In this document: positions 14,801 to 25,600 of the stretch, in pieces | Position numbering within the stretch: the first letter of the stretch is position 1 | Layout: every line of letters starts with the position of its first letter | From: Phoronis australis | Lineage: Eukaryota > Animalia > Phoronida | Direction of reading: 5' to 3' | DNA length: 64,000 nt | NCBI GenBank assembly: GCA_002633005.1 | Contig: NMRA01000038.1 | Span: 386,786-450,785, forward strand | Translations under genes and position numbers: made by a program | Notes under the pieces: generated by a model | Database searches by the model: none | Seen by the model: only the letters and a program-made list of their open reading frames with translations | What the model was told of the DNA's origin: nothing

Positions 14801-17800
14801 ACTCAGCACCATTTCCATTAGCTTAGCCTTCTCCTCTTGTTATAGGCCATCCCTACGCCTTACACTGTGCTTGTGATGCGGTAACAATTTTTCAATTTGG
14901 GACAAAAATAATTGCTAAAATTGCCATATTTCTACTTTTGGAGACTTACCACATTATTACAAATGCTCAAAATATTACCTAATATTTTCTGTTATACAAT
15001 CCATGATAAAAGCAACGTAAATTTTTCTGAAAAGTTATCTTTGTTGAGAAATTTGACAAAATGAAAATTCGCCTATTGAAGAATTTTTACCATAAGTTGT
15101 GTCTATTCAACGCCTGCTTGGAAGATGTTACTTTACAGCAACCTAGGTTGATTAGTGTTGAAAAGTTCGCTCATTTAAAATGAATAAATTGTTCTGATTG
15201 TGGTTGTTAAAACTATTTCACACTTCTAGAATGCAAGTACATTTTAAATGAAACTCGTTTGTTGTCACTTGGTAGCGTAAATATCTGTGTTCAGTTAAGT
15301 GAAAGTTAACAACAAGTAAGACACTTCTGCTGGCCTTCATATTGACGATGCAATTTTTGAAGTGGTGGAGGCTAGAATTTCTTTATTCAAATTTAAAATT
15401 TTTATTTGGCAAAAAAGATTTGAATATAGATCTTTGCATTGTTTTTTCAAAGTTAAATTCCTTAACTGACAGTTACGTTTGCCAAAGAATACCTCGGAGA
15501 ACTTTGGAAGTTGTATACGGCATCAATATCCCCAAGCCTCTGGAAGGAGAAGACGGGAGTCGACCGCCAACTGCAAATGAGCTTCTTAATACCTATGGCT
15601 GTAAGTATCCGAAGTCATGAAGTTAGAAAGACTAATGTGAAGTTTCTTGAGAGTCGACTGTGTCTGTGTTGTTTATGTTGTGAAGCGTGACTTCCGGTTG
15701 TGACGAAACGTACAGTCAGATAAAGCCTCTCTAAGTCACTTGCCAAGTGGCAATTGCCTCTTGGTCGAATGGTTTAGATGCTTGAGTGTCGCTCGTGCAA
15801 CGTGGGTTCGAGTCTCACGGGAGACGGAAATTTTCTACATTGGCGCCCAATGTTTCACCGTGTTTGAGGGTAAAGGTGTGATAAAACTCACCACATTAGA
15901 CAATTTGACTGCTTTTCGCCTCTTTCTGGGCTAAGCTTCATTACTCGTAAATTATACTTTCTAAAATGAAATTCGAAATATAATTTATAAAAATTGAATG
16001 CGTGTATTATTTTATTGTCATTGTCCTTATTGTGTTATGTCATTAATCCTGTTTAAAGTAATCTTTGTTTTGAAAAATTTTCGAAATAATCTTAGAGACA
16101 CATCTCATTATCCAGGTTTTTTACTTTAAGTTTGTTTCCTCATGTTATAGATATGCGGGGCTACATGACAGCTCGTGGCGTTCCTGACTGCCCTAGAACT
16201 GCACGTTACATTCTGAAAGACTACGTCAATGTAAGTTTGAGGGATTTAAAAGAAAACTGTTCATCAGTTCTTATCTGTGCTCGGAACCTGATTCATCATT
16301 AAGCTAGTGTATTTTGAATGAGATGTAGGTCTCTGTGAGATGATAATCTTTTAGTATGCCTTGAAAACGGAATACGTAACGTTTATCACTTTGGCTCTCA
16401 CAAGAAAATAATTGGAATGTTGATAAAGATCTCTACCTAAACAGACTTTATTGTTGCTGTGACGCTATATTTTTTGATCCAGCAAAGTTGTGACTCAACA
16501 CAGAGTTGAATCCCGGTTACTTCGGTTATCTGCAATTCCAAAAATGTATACAAAATATTTGCATTTGTCCAAAATATGCTTTTTCAGGGCAAGTTGCTGT
16601 TCTGCAACCCGCCACCTGGTGTTTCAGAACAGGAGTTCCAGTCTGTGCAAGTGCTGCTGCCTAGGCGACCAGTACAAAAGAAACAAAAACAGCAGACGTC
16701 AGTCCCAGAACAGATGGAACCTCTAACAAGCTCTATAGATGAAGAATTCTTCAGCCAGGTGCTTATTGTCCCTGTGGATCTGGATGTCTCTCGTCTAATC
16801 ATTAACTAGTTGCCACGTGAACACGTAGTTTTCGTTCGGTTACGTTGGTTACATTTTGCTCTCGGTTGTTGGAGATCTTCCTGTTCTCTGTATTCATACA
16901 TGACCTGGGGATTGGTATTTCATTGTGTAAAACAAAAAGGCTGACTAGACTACTGAACGCTGATCTGAAAAAATTGATATGGCATTTCGCGACTGAAATG
17001 ACAGTTTGTGATTTGTGAGTTGTTATCAAATTTTATTCAGTTTCAGTAAAATGCTCTGCTTGGGGTAAACATGGAACAATTGGCCTTTGCAATGTTCTCA
17101 ATCAATACATACATTATCAACTCATTAACATACATTATTAAAATTCTTAATGCTTGCGTAATCAAAACGTGTATGACAATGATGTAGCCGTGTTCTGAAT
17201 TAGAGCCGAGTTCTTGGTCCTGTTAAAAGTTCATGGCAGGAAATCCCTTGATAGTGACTAACAGAATAATAAAACCAAATTTTCAACTTCCATGCTAAGA
17301 ACGCGCATCTGTATGAGTTACAGTGGTCTCTGAAAAAAATCAGTTTTGTGGAAAAATTGTTCAAATGTCTACAAATGGATTAGGGTTATTTTTTGTGCAC
17401 ATGATATGTGTCATTGATCATAAGAATGTTAAAGAGGCACGTTTTCTTGGGTTGAAAATTAGACACAAAGTGTTTAAAAACAAGTCAAAAATATTTGTTT
17501 CTTGGTAACGGAGGTTGTTGGTTACTTTGAAATTCCGTTTGTCAATTGAGATCTATGTTCAGTTGCTGAATACTGCCTGAACTTCAATTGTTATTCATTG
17601 CCACACATTGAGTTAATTAAGCAGTGGAAATCTGTCCAATTTCCTTTTCATTCAATGCTTATTATGACTAGCAAAATGGCTGCCACGAAAATGATTGGGC
17701 GACCATGATGGAATGTTGAACTGTGGGAGACAATTTTTTATTTCTGTTCCCTAAACCAAGATTTCTCGCAGTATGTGTCTCATATTGCCAGCAGTGTCAC

Positions 17801-18042
17801 AGGACTTCAATAGCGTTATGACTGGCACTGCTTCATGCTATCAAAATCAGTTTTCATGCCAGTTGGCATTTTGTATATAGAATGCTATCTCTTTGCAGTC
17901 ATCTTCTAAAGTTCACAAAAAGGGCGCACAGCCTGGCCCCGCACATAGTGGAGTTAGTGGAAATCCTGACAAACCTTGGAAAAAACATGGCAACAAGAAT
18001 AAGAAGGAAAAACTGAAGAGGATTCATGGCGGATGTGACTGA
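5822..18042 (+). CDS. LSG1: Large subunit GTPase 1 homolog (circularly permuted GTPase, 60S maturation), 635 aa, 13 coding exons
   Basis: Exons 5822-5908, 7384-7510, 8389-8509, 9360-9446, 9733-9819, 10875-11018, 11973-12462, 13317-13418, 14538-14681, 15477-15600, 16151-16230, 16588-16758, 17899-18042 join in frame (1908 nt). Motifs: LHTSELEDGYDWGRLNLQSVTEQS, TPFEKNLDFWRQLWRVIERSDIVVQIVDARNP, G4 NKADLL preceding G1 GYPNVGKSST, G2 PGRTKHFQT, G3 DCPG, C-terminal KPWKKHGNKNKKEKL. All introns GT-AG except one AT-AC. Confidence 0.97.
10163..10389. mobile_element. Non-autonomous hAT-like DNA transposon (CAGGGCTTGGAAT-terminus family)
   Basis: Ends CAGGACTAGGAAT...ATTCCAAGCCCTG; flanks AGTACT / AGTACC (6-bp duplication, 1 mismatch); body matches the reverse complement of ~30160-30400. 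Confidence 0.7.
13983..14487. repeat. Palindromic/fold-back element in LSG1 intron 8
   Basis: Outer arms 13983-14030 and ~14440-14487 are inverted (ACTGAAATTTTTGGAT core); inner hairpin 14297-14412 has a perfect 20-bp stem 14328-14347/14368-14387 around the palindrome TCAGATCTGA. Confidence 0.8.
14682..15476 (+). other. U12-type (minor spliceosome) AT-AC intron of LSG1
   Basis: 5' site ATATCCTTT at 14682; branch point TTCCTTAAC at 15458-15466; terminal AC at 15475-15476. Removal joins HVPPVNL to VCQRIPRR in frame, restoring the conserved LSG1 sequence. Confidence 0.95.
15756..15950 (+). mobile_element. tRNA-derived SINE, family B
   Basis: A box TGGTCGAATGG and B box GGTTCGAGTC at tRNA-like spacing, followed by a non-tRNA body; no complete cloverleaf or T-run terminator. 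Confidence 0.6.
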
Positions 18043-18316
18043 GCACTGAGCTGGCGTCTGTCTCCAACAGCCGATGACAAAAAGCGCAGTATTTTAAAGC
18101 GTTGCACAGGGCACCTGGTTAAAATGCATTTTGCTTTTGTTTGTCACAATCTTTTTAATCTAGTACTCTTAATATCACACAATTACACAATCAATGAATT
18201 GAAGTTCATTGATTTCATCTGGACCTCGGTGTGCCTACACTATAAAGTGAAGGTCTTCAATATTTAAAAAAAAAATTGTCTTGCTGGATAACTAATGTGT
18301 CATGGAAGTGATGCCA

Positions 18317-18322
18317 AATAAA
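18317..18322 (+). terminator. Candidate LSG1 polyadenylation signal AATAAA
   Basis: AATAAA ~275 nt after the LSG1 stop, followed by GT/T-rich sequence (TGTGGTGCTGTGTTATTTTT). Confidence 0.55.
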
Positions 18323-19750
18323 GTTGTGAACTATGTGGTGCTGTGTTATTTTTGAGCTGAAGTCAAATGTAACAATGGCTGCCAAGCCAACGACGCTTAT
18401 AATGATGGATACTGTGTGTAATGAATTCTGTGACGTGCATGTGTCGAAATTAATGATGAGAGTGGGCATGATTTATTTGTCTTTTACATTTAATTTAGCT
18501 TATTGCCGTCCAGCGTTCAAGTTACATTCAGCAAGATTGCTGGGGGAAACCAAATCATGTGATCAGAGCTTCAAAGTATTAAGAATTTTCAATATGATCT
18601 GATATTGGAATAATTAAATAACTGATATGCTATAATGGAATGTTTGCCGATTCCTCCAAAATGTATGAAAATAAGTATTAACTAATGTGAGCTTTGTGTG
18701 TTTGCAAAACTGAGATTCCTCAAACTTCACAGAAATTTTTGTTCATAACCCCATGGTGACATTCACTATCACGGGCTCGAGATGAAACACGACAATGTCC
18801 TGGAAATGGGCTGAATACCAGTTACCAACACAATTCTTTAACAAACTTGAAGATATTATGTTCATACTTCATGAAGCAGAATTTGCCAGCCAGCGACAAG
18901 AAAACCAGGAGACTTCCAAAAACATCTTGAGTTGAGAATAAACCAAAGTTGCGATATCTATGTTAAGTTGCTTTGTGGAATAGTCCCCAGTGCGGAGTTG
19001 TATGGTACAGTCCCAAATAGGGACTCGACTAAGTTCCCTAAACCTTTTGCCTATTTGTAAACTTTGTCTATCGTTTCATCTTTATTAAGAACTCCTCTGG
19101 CTAATGACATTTTCTAATAATATAACTAAAAACTGAGCCCTAAATTCAATGAAAATAGAGACTTCGTCATTAAGTTAGGACCGTTGCATGAAGAGATTCC
19201 TATATATTTTCGTTGATATTAACGATGTGGACTTTTTGCTGACAAAAAAACGGGAGGACTAAAACAAAAACGGGTACCACCTTCGTCTCCACCTTTTAGT
19301 GGACTTTGGTCTCATTTTTTTGGACTTTTCGTTTCTCAGAGGCAGACTTTTTGCCCACTTCGCCAAATGGGGGGGGGGCTCATTTGAGCCTCCTGATTCC
19401 CCCCTCCTCGCTGGGTGTGCGCATGCGAGTTCACTCTCAATTTATATCAAAGCCAAAATTTGACTTGCTAATGAAACTAAAACAGCATAAAAAAGGACAA
19501 TCTGTGTTTTCACAAGTACGCAATTACGCAGCAGAGATAGGGAACTTAGTAGAGTCTCTATTAGAGACTGTTTCATGCAACCGGGCACAGTACTCTTCCT
19601 ATTGGTATTTTAGCAGTGCACATTTCCCAAAGTGCAACTGACGTACCACTATTTGAGCATGCAATATTTTTGGAGACCTGAAAAGGGGACGGTCATTTTT
19701 TGGTCACTTTGTAACAATACGTGACAAAACCAATCAGCCAAATGTCGTTT

Positions 19751-19812
19751 CCTCTTGGTTGTGGTCAATTCCTCTTGGTTGTGGTCAATTCCTCTTGGTT
19801 GTGTTCAATTCC
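19751..19812. repeat. 20-bp tandem repeat (CCTCTTGGTTGTGGTCAATT) x3
   Basis: Three units read directly, one substitution in the third. Confidence 0.9.
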
Positions 19813-20098
19813 TTTCGCAACAAAAATTACTGATTATGATTCCTCATTTCAGCAAACTTCTAAGTACAGAGTAGTGTTTTCACCTTAACTTTCCAGTTAC
19901 TTTCTTGTCATTTTGAATGACAGACAATGACCTTGGCCAATGAATTTCACTTGCTCTAAGCTGTACTGATGAGGAATTCTAGGTTGTTTTGTCTAGTTAC
20001 ATGTACTAACGCTATGATTAAGTACTAAGATAACAGCAAAGGCAAACATTAGTTGTAAGTAACTGTGTAACAGACTGGACAGTTGCATCACAGATAAG

Positions 20099-20104
20099 TT
20101 TATT
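20099..20104 (-). terminator. Candidate polyadenylation signal of the minus-strand (SSU72) transcript
   Basis: TTTATT on + (AATAAA on -), preceded on the minus strand by several TGTA motifs and AU-rich 3'UTR-like sequence. Confidence 0.45.
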
Positions 20105-22124
20105 CCAATTATAAAATGTACAATAAATATAATTACCATAATCTATACATTATTTACATGCAGATACAATGCTATATTAAAAGCCAGCCCCTACAATGTA
20201 CATTTTGGCTTTCAAATCTTCTCAAAATTACTACATAAGAAGTTCCGTCATAGGTGATTTTCATTGTCAATAAGGGTGTGCTTAACATGGAAACTTCTTT
20301 GAGCCTTAAGGTTTTCAGAAACCAAAAACATGGGACACAGTTTGTACTTATTCTAATAATGTAGAACAAATTCGTGGATACCATAAAATGAGATAGTTGT
20401 TCTGACTATAGAAACTTTTTTGCCGCACTGAACAAAGACAGGATGCTGTTTTTGGTCTTTTGCAGCAAATCATTCACACTACCCGTCAGATATAGCTGAA
20501 AAACAACTTATTCATTAACATTTCCATACATTATTAATTACATCACTTAAGCTTATACGCTGTGGATGACACACAACAAAAGAAGCTGAACTGTCAACTC
20601 CCTAGGATGTATACATACCTAATCGGGGAAAGAAAGACTAGTCCAGACAATAACGCCACATAGTGGATGAACAGAGTAAACAAAACCGAGAGTTGTAGAA
20701 AAATTTCGACATTATTCCACCATTTTAGGTATAACAGTTTAGCTTCTAGTGTTATTACTTAATAAGTTTATCAAAAATGCTGGTATTGGCAAGAGGCCTC
20801 TTGGTATATCTCTTCTATAACTAATTACAGCAAATTCTTAACTTCGATTAACATTGACCTTGCAAGACTGAACTTCTGCATACAAGTTCTTAACACTCAC
20901 ACGAATGAGAGTTGTGTATTCTGTGTATTTATACAGCCTAACTCAGAACAGGTAACCCCTTTTACCTGGATAACAAACAATAATAAACTAAATAATGAAT
21001 TCAATAATATGCAGCAATGAATGAAGAGACTATGGTTTTCCCTTTTTAAAAACAGAATTCCGTTTTAGCCAACATGAAATTCCATTTTTCTATTTTGTAA
21101 ATTATCAAGTTCCGCAATACTATTTGAAATCGACAAACAATATAAAAATCATCTGATAGGGAATTCCAATGATTGTTCCGCTAAATTATGCTGCAGCTGT
21201 GTTTTACCATTAACTCTATACACACCATGTTAAGTGTTTCTCAAAGTCAAAAAAGAACAGTACCAACTTCAGAAAAAATCAACAGTTACTTAAACATGTT
21301 GGCTGCAAAATGTCCGGTGATCGATTTGAAGACAAAATATGTTTGAGTTTGATGACTCATATTCTTAACTTATCGGTGATAAAAACAATTAGAATGATGG
21401 CATCTGCTACTGAAATATGGACATTCCGTTCGAAATCTTTAAGTCCCTAAAAGATGTCAGATTCTGTCAATTCCATCGATTTCCGTCATCGTAGAAAACC
21501 AGGGTCTCAACGTATGAAATAACTGCTGCCGAAATAATTACGTAAAGCTACCTTGCTATACCAGTCAACTGTTCTTGCAGCAGAAAGCAAAACAATGAGT
21601 ATAAAAATCAACATTCCTGAACTTTCTCCAAGCTCATTAAGCCATTTAATCTTAACCAACGAACATGCATGCTAATACTATCACTTAGAACTGATGCAGT
21701 CATTATTTACGAAACAACTAGACTGCACTTGCTTTTTGATTATTTCCTCTGTCATTGCATAACACGAGACATTAATCAATGATACGTAACAAATAATTTT
21801 CGAATCACATTCTACAGCACAAAGAGCACTCTTGACTTGCAGGTCTCATTCTTTAAATACATCCTATTGAATGTAGCAACAATACACTTATTCAGATTGC
21901 AGTAAAGTTGAGACCATGACAAAGGTAAGACAAGTCTGTAGCACAATGAGAAAAAATATGCCAGGATAACACAATATATCAAAAAATTGCACAAAATATG
22001 AAACATTCTTATTCCCATTTTTAGAAATACCAATAAGAAGCTGACATTACGGTCTCGTCACAAAGTATGACAAATGCGAATTAAGCAGATTACTAACACA
22101 GATTACTTATTAAATGTTCAAATA

Positions 22125-22442
22125 GGCCAAAAAAGCAACGTTGGTTCTGGTCTTTACCCCAACTCATTTTGAGACCAGTGGTCACCAACTAAAAAACAAA
22201 AAACATATCAATTTCAGCCAATGTTTCGTGCTTTTTTGAAAAGGTGCACAAAGGCACGTATTTAAACAAGAGTAAGCAAGGTTTTGAAACGTCATGATTT
22301 GACAAACGACGTGTAAAAAATCCTGCATTATCTTATAGCTCATCTCATGTATTCTTTTTGAAGAAATCCACAACGAAACACCACACCACCAACTCCATTT
22401 GCAAAAAAAAACAGCAACCAGGGCTCATTGTGCTTTTTGGCC
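22125..22442. mobile_element. MITE, PIF/Harbinger-like
   Basis: Terminal inverted repeats GGCCAAAAA(A)GCA / TGCTTTTTGGCC with TA-rich flanks (ATA / TTA). Confidence 0.55.
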
Positions 22443-22683
22443 TTAGGCTGCATCCCCATCAATCCACTTTGACAAACAGCAAAGTATGTATGTAGTTAAC
22501 ACACACTTAAAGCTCCAGTTTCTTGATACAATAAGAGCCATCACTATTAGCAATAAGTGAGCCCTTCGCAAGCACAGTGGCTCAAGGCACAGCAATGTGT
22601 TGATTCACCCAACATGTCTCTGTGTGTAGCATCTACACCAGCAGTAGAGTGATCCACACAGAGTGGACCGCTCATCATGTGTC

Positions 22684-25600
22684 TCAGTAAAATGTAGTGT
22701 AATGTAGTAACGGTCTTTCGAATGTGTGTTCCATCTCATGTAAGATCTCATCAATGTCATTGTCAAGGTCATCCGATTCTTTGAACTGCAATAACGACAA
22801 AAGTTTAAACTGTAGTACATTTTGGTTATGTAGGACCCTAGGAACTTGTCCAAATTTGGTTAACTTCAAAAAATTTTAGAAATAGCTCATTGGATTCATA
22901 TGACAGAGATTCTGTGCTTTATGCATTTTTCTCTAAAACACCATTAGGAATTGTTGTTAAAATGTTCCACTTCTCCACAAGTGGTTAACAAGAACAGGAC
23001 TTGTATGATTTTTATGAAAGAATTCGAAATTTGCATAAACAAAATGACAACTTAGAAAACTGTTACAGAGTTTTTGAGATTCCACCTTAAACAATTTTAT
23101 CAAACAAAATTTGGTCATGTTATTGATACTATTATTTTGCTAAGAATGTACCTTTCTTTTTCCTAAATTTCATTAAAACATTTAAAGGGTTTTCTCTTTT
23201 ACCAAGTTAAAGTCTCTCAAGGAGGCAGTGTGGCCTGGTTGATAAGTGCCCGCTTTCTTTACTTGAGGTCGTGGGATCGAGTCCCACTGGGCACACTGCT
23301 AGACCCCTGAGTCAGGTTTCTAGCTCCTCAGCTCGGTTTTAACTATATATTAATAAAGCACAAAAATAGTTCCAGGTGATTAGTGCAATGGGTCCACATG
23401 TGCGACCTGCGCACCTCTGGTACAACATGTATCAGAATGCCGGCAATTACTTTTATTGTTAAGTTAAAATCTATAATTTTGTTGATATCTACCTGTCAGT
23501 AAGGTCCTACATAACTTTCAAAATGAAAAAAATAGTTTCAACTACTTTATGTCAGTGACAGTACCTCTTCGAAAATAACACAATTCACAACTGAAAATGT
23601 TCAATTGACAAGCTTACTCCACAATAAAAATCATGGGCGACGGTTGTGTTTTAACTCACGGGAGGTTTGAAAACAAGTTTGCTCCATATACTGCGTCTTA
23701 TGTTATCTTGGTCGACTCCAGCACCTCCCACATATGTTAAACTGTGTACAAAGATAACATTAATATAACACCCAACCTATAATGCTAAGCTACCACTAAG
23801 AATCTCAGACAAACAGTTCTACATACAAGAAAAACAATTTTGATAAGAAAAAGCTCTCTGCACAGATCAGCTGTTGAAATGTCACTTCACAAGCAGCTTG
23901 CCCCATCATCACATTTACAATAGGAATATACCTTAGTGCACAATTCCCGGATGAAGACCGCTCCTAAAGTGGCATCCTCATGGTTATCCTTGATGTCCAC
24001 ATTGACTATGTGTACAGACTGGATGATATCCTTGTCACGCGCTTCTAAGCCTGTTGGCAGATTAGCAATGAAGAAGCTTTTCGTGTATACAATAACTTTG
24101 TATCAAGCATTTTAAAGAACTTTTTATCTCCTCATTCCCATTCTTGGTCGAAAATTCTGAAAAGAGCTCACCAAACACATGGTCCTCAAGTTCTATAAAT
24201 GCTCAGGATAACCATCATTGTGGCACAGGTGTCAGGTGCTGAGATTGGCATCATCCCAAGTTTGAACATGGTCAGTACAGTTCTCGGATGCTCAGGCTAG
24301 TATCACTAGATTCAATATGGTCAGGCTAGTATCACTAGATTCAATATGGTCAGGCTAGTATCACTAGATTCAATATGGTCAGGCTAGTATCACTAGATTC
24401 AATATGGTCAGGCTAGTATCACTAGATTCAATATGGTCAGGCTAGTATCACTAGATTCAATATGGTCAGTACAATCACACGGGCATCACGATGTGTATCT
24501 AGGAATTAAGCCCCTCCCACAAGACCAAAGCAACTGCAATTAAAGCTGCCACAAACCACCTTCTGTCAGATTTAGACCACTCACTGTCAATTGGTCTCAA
24601 TATGTTCCTTAATGGAATGGAATCTTGATTTGTGGTCTTGGGATTAACACACCATGCTCAATGCATAAAAAGTCCCGTCATGTCAAGACGACCCTTAACC
24701 TGCAATAGGTGAGGTCAGCCAACATGCCAATTATCCTATTACAATTGGTTGGGTGTACTCAATCGACTATAACAAGCTGCAGCTGGGCTGCGCTAGGAGA
24801 GTGCACTCACCCCAGGACACTTGTGATTTTCATTCAGAAATTGTAAGAGTCCTAGAATGTTGTTTAAATATGTGAGCATGGGCATTGCATAGTTCACAGT
24901 TTCCTCTACATTTCTTTGATTTAAACCATATGGCTGTGATTACTAGTTTGGGAGATATTGGCAGGTTTATGTGAGTGTAGACATATAGTTTCATTATATG
25001 GCTGAAGCCAGAGGTCACAGGAAGACAATGGATCAGTTTACTTTTACTTTCGCTAAGGCTATGATGAAGATTTACATATGGTGAAAATCTCCATTAAATT
25101 CTGGAAAACTTTTATGTTGGCTTCTTTTATGTGAAATTAACATTTCCCCTTCAAATTTCCAATTTAAAATTGTTAGGTCGTTAGTCTGGGTGACCTTCAT
25201 AACAGCTTACTGTACAGCAGTAGTGGTGACCTACTTTAGCTCAGCACACAGGGAAAGTAGTCTGAATAGAAGCTCAACAGAACAAGGGTTCATGACCTTG
25301 CGGTCAAGCAACAGCCCATCAAGACCCAATTAAAGACCAGTTTTCATAACAGTAAATGTTGTATTATATATATATATTGAAAGACATTCCTTAACGGCAG
25401 GTGAGTTTAATGTAGCCTTAATAACAGACGTTACAGTGAGCAATTCAGAAAAATCTACACTTACATTCAACAACTTGATCGTAGACACGCTCTTCGCAGG
25501 TGATAATAATGTTGAACCTGTCTTTGCAGCTCTGGAACCTCTCCGGCCTCAACTTGATTCTTTTATTGCGCTCCAACATATGTAGTATACCATTTTGTGT

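Noticed and set aside
15756-15830. tRNA genes at the A/B-box sequences (also 4380-4458, 23221-23295, ~51820-51875)
   Set aside because: No complete cloverleaf or terminator; they continue into non-tRNA bodies, as expected for SINE heads.
18031-18050. LSG1 ending GGCD-TGA as possible selenocysteine read-through
   Set aside because: The stop falls where LSG1 orthologs end, a second in-frame meaning is not needed, and I could not identify a SECIS element.
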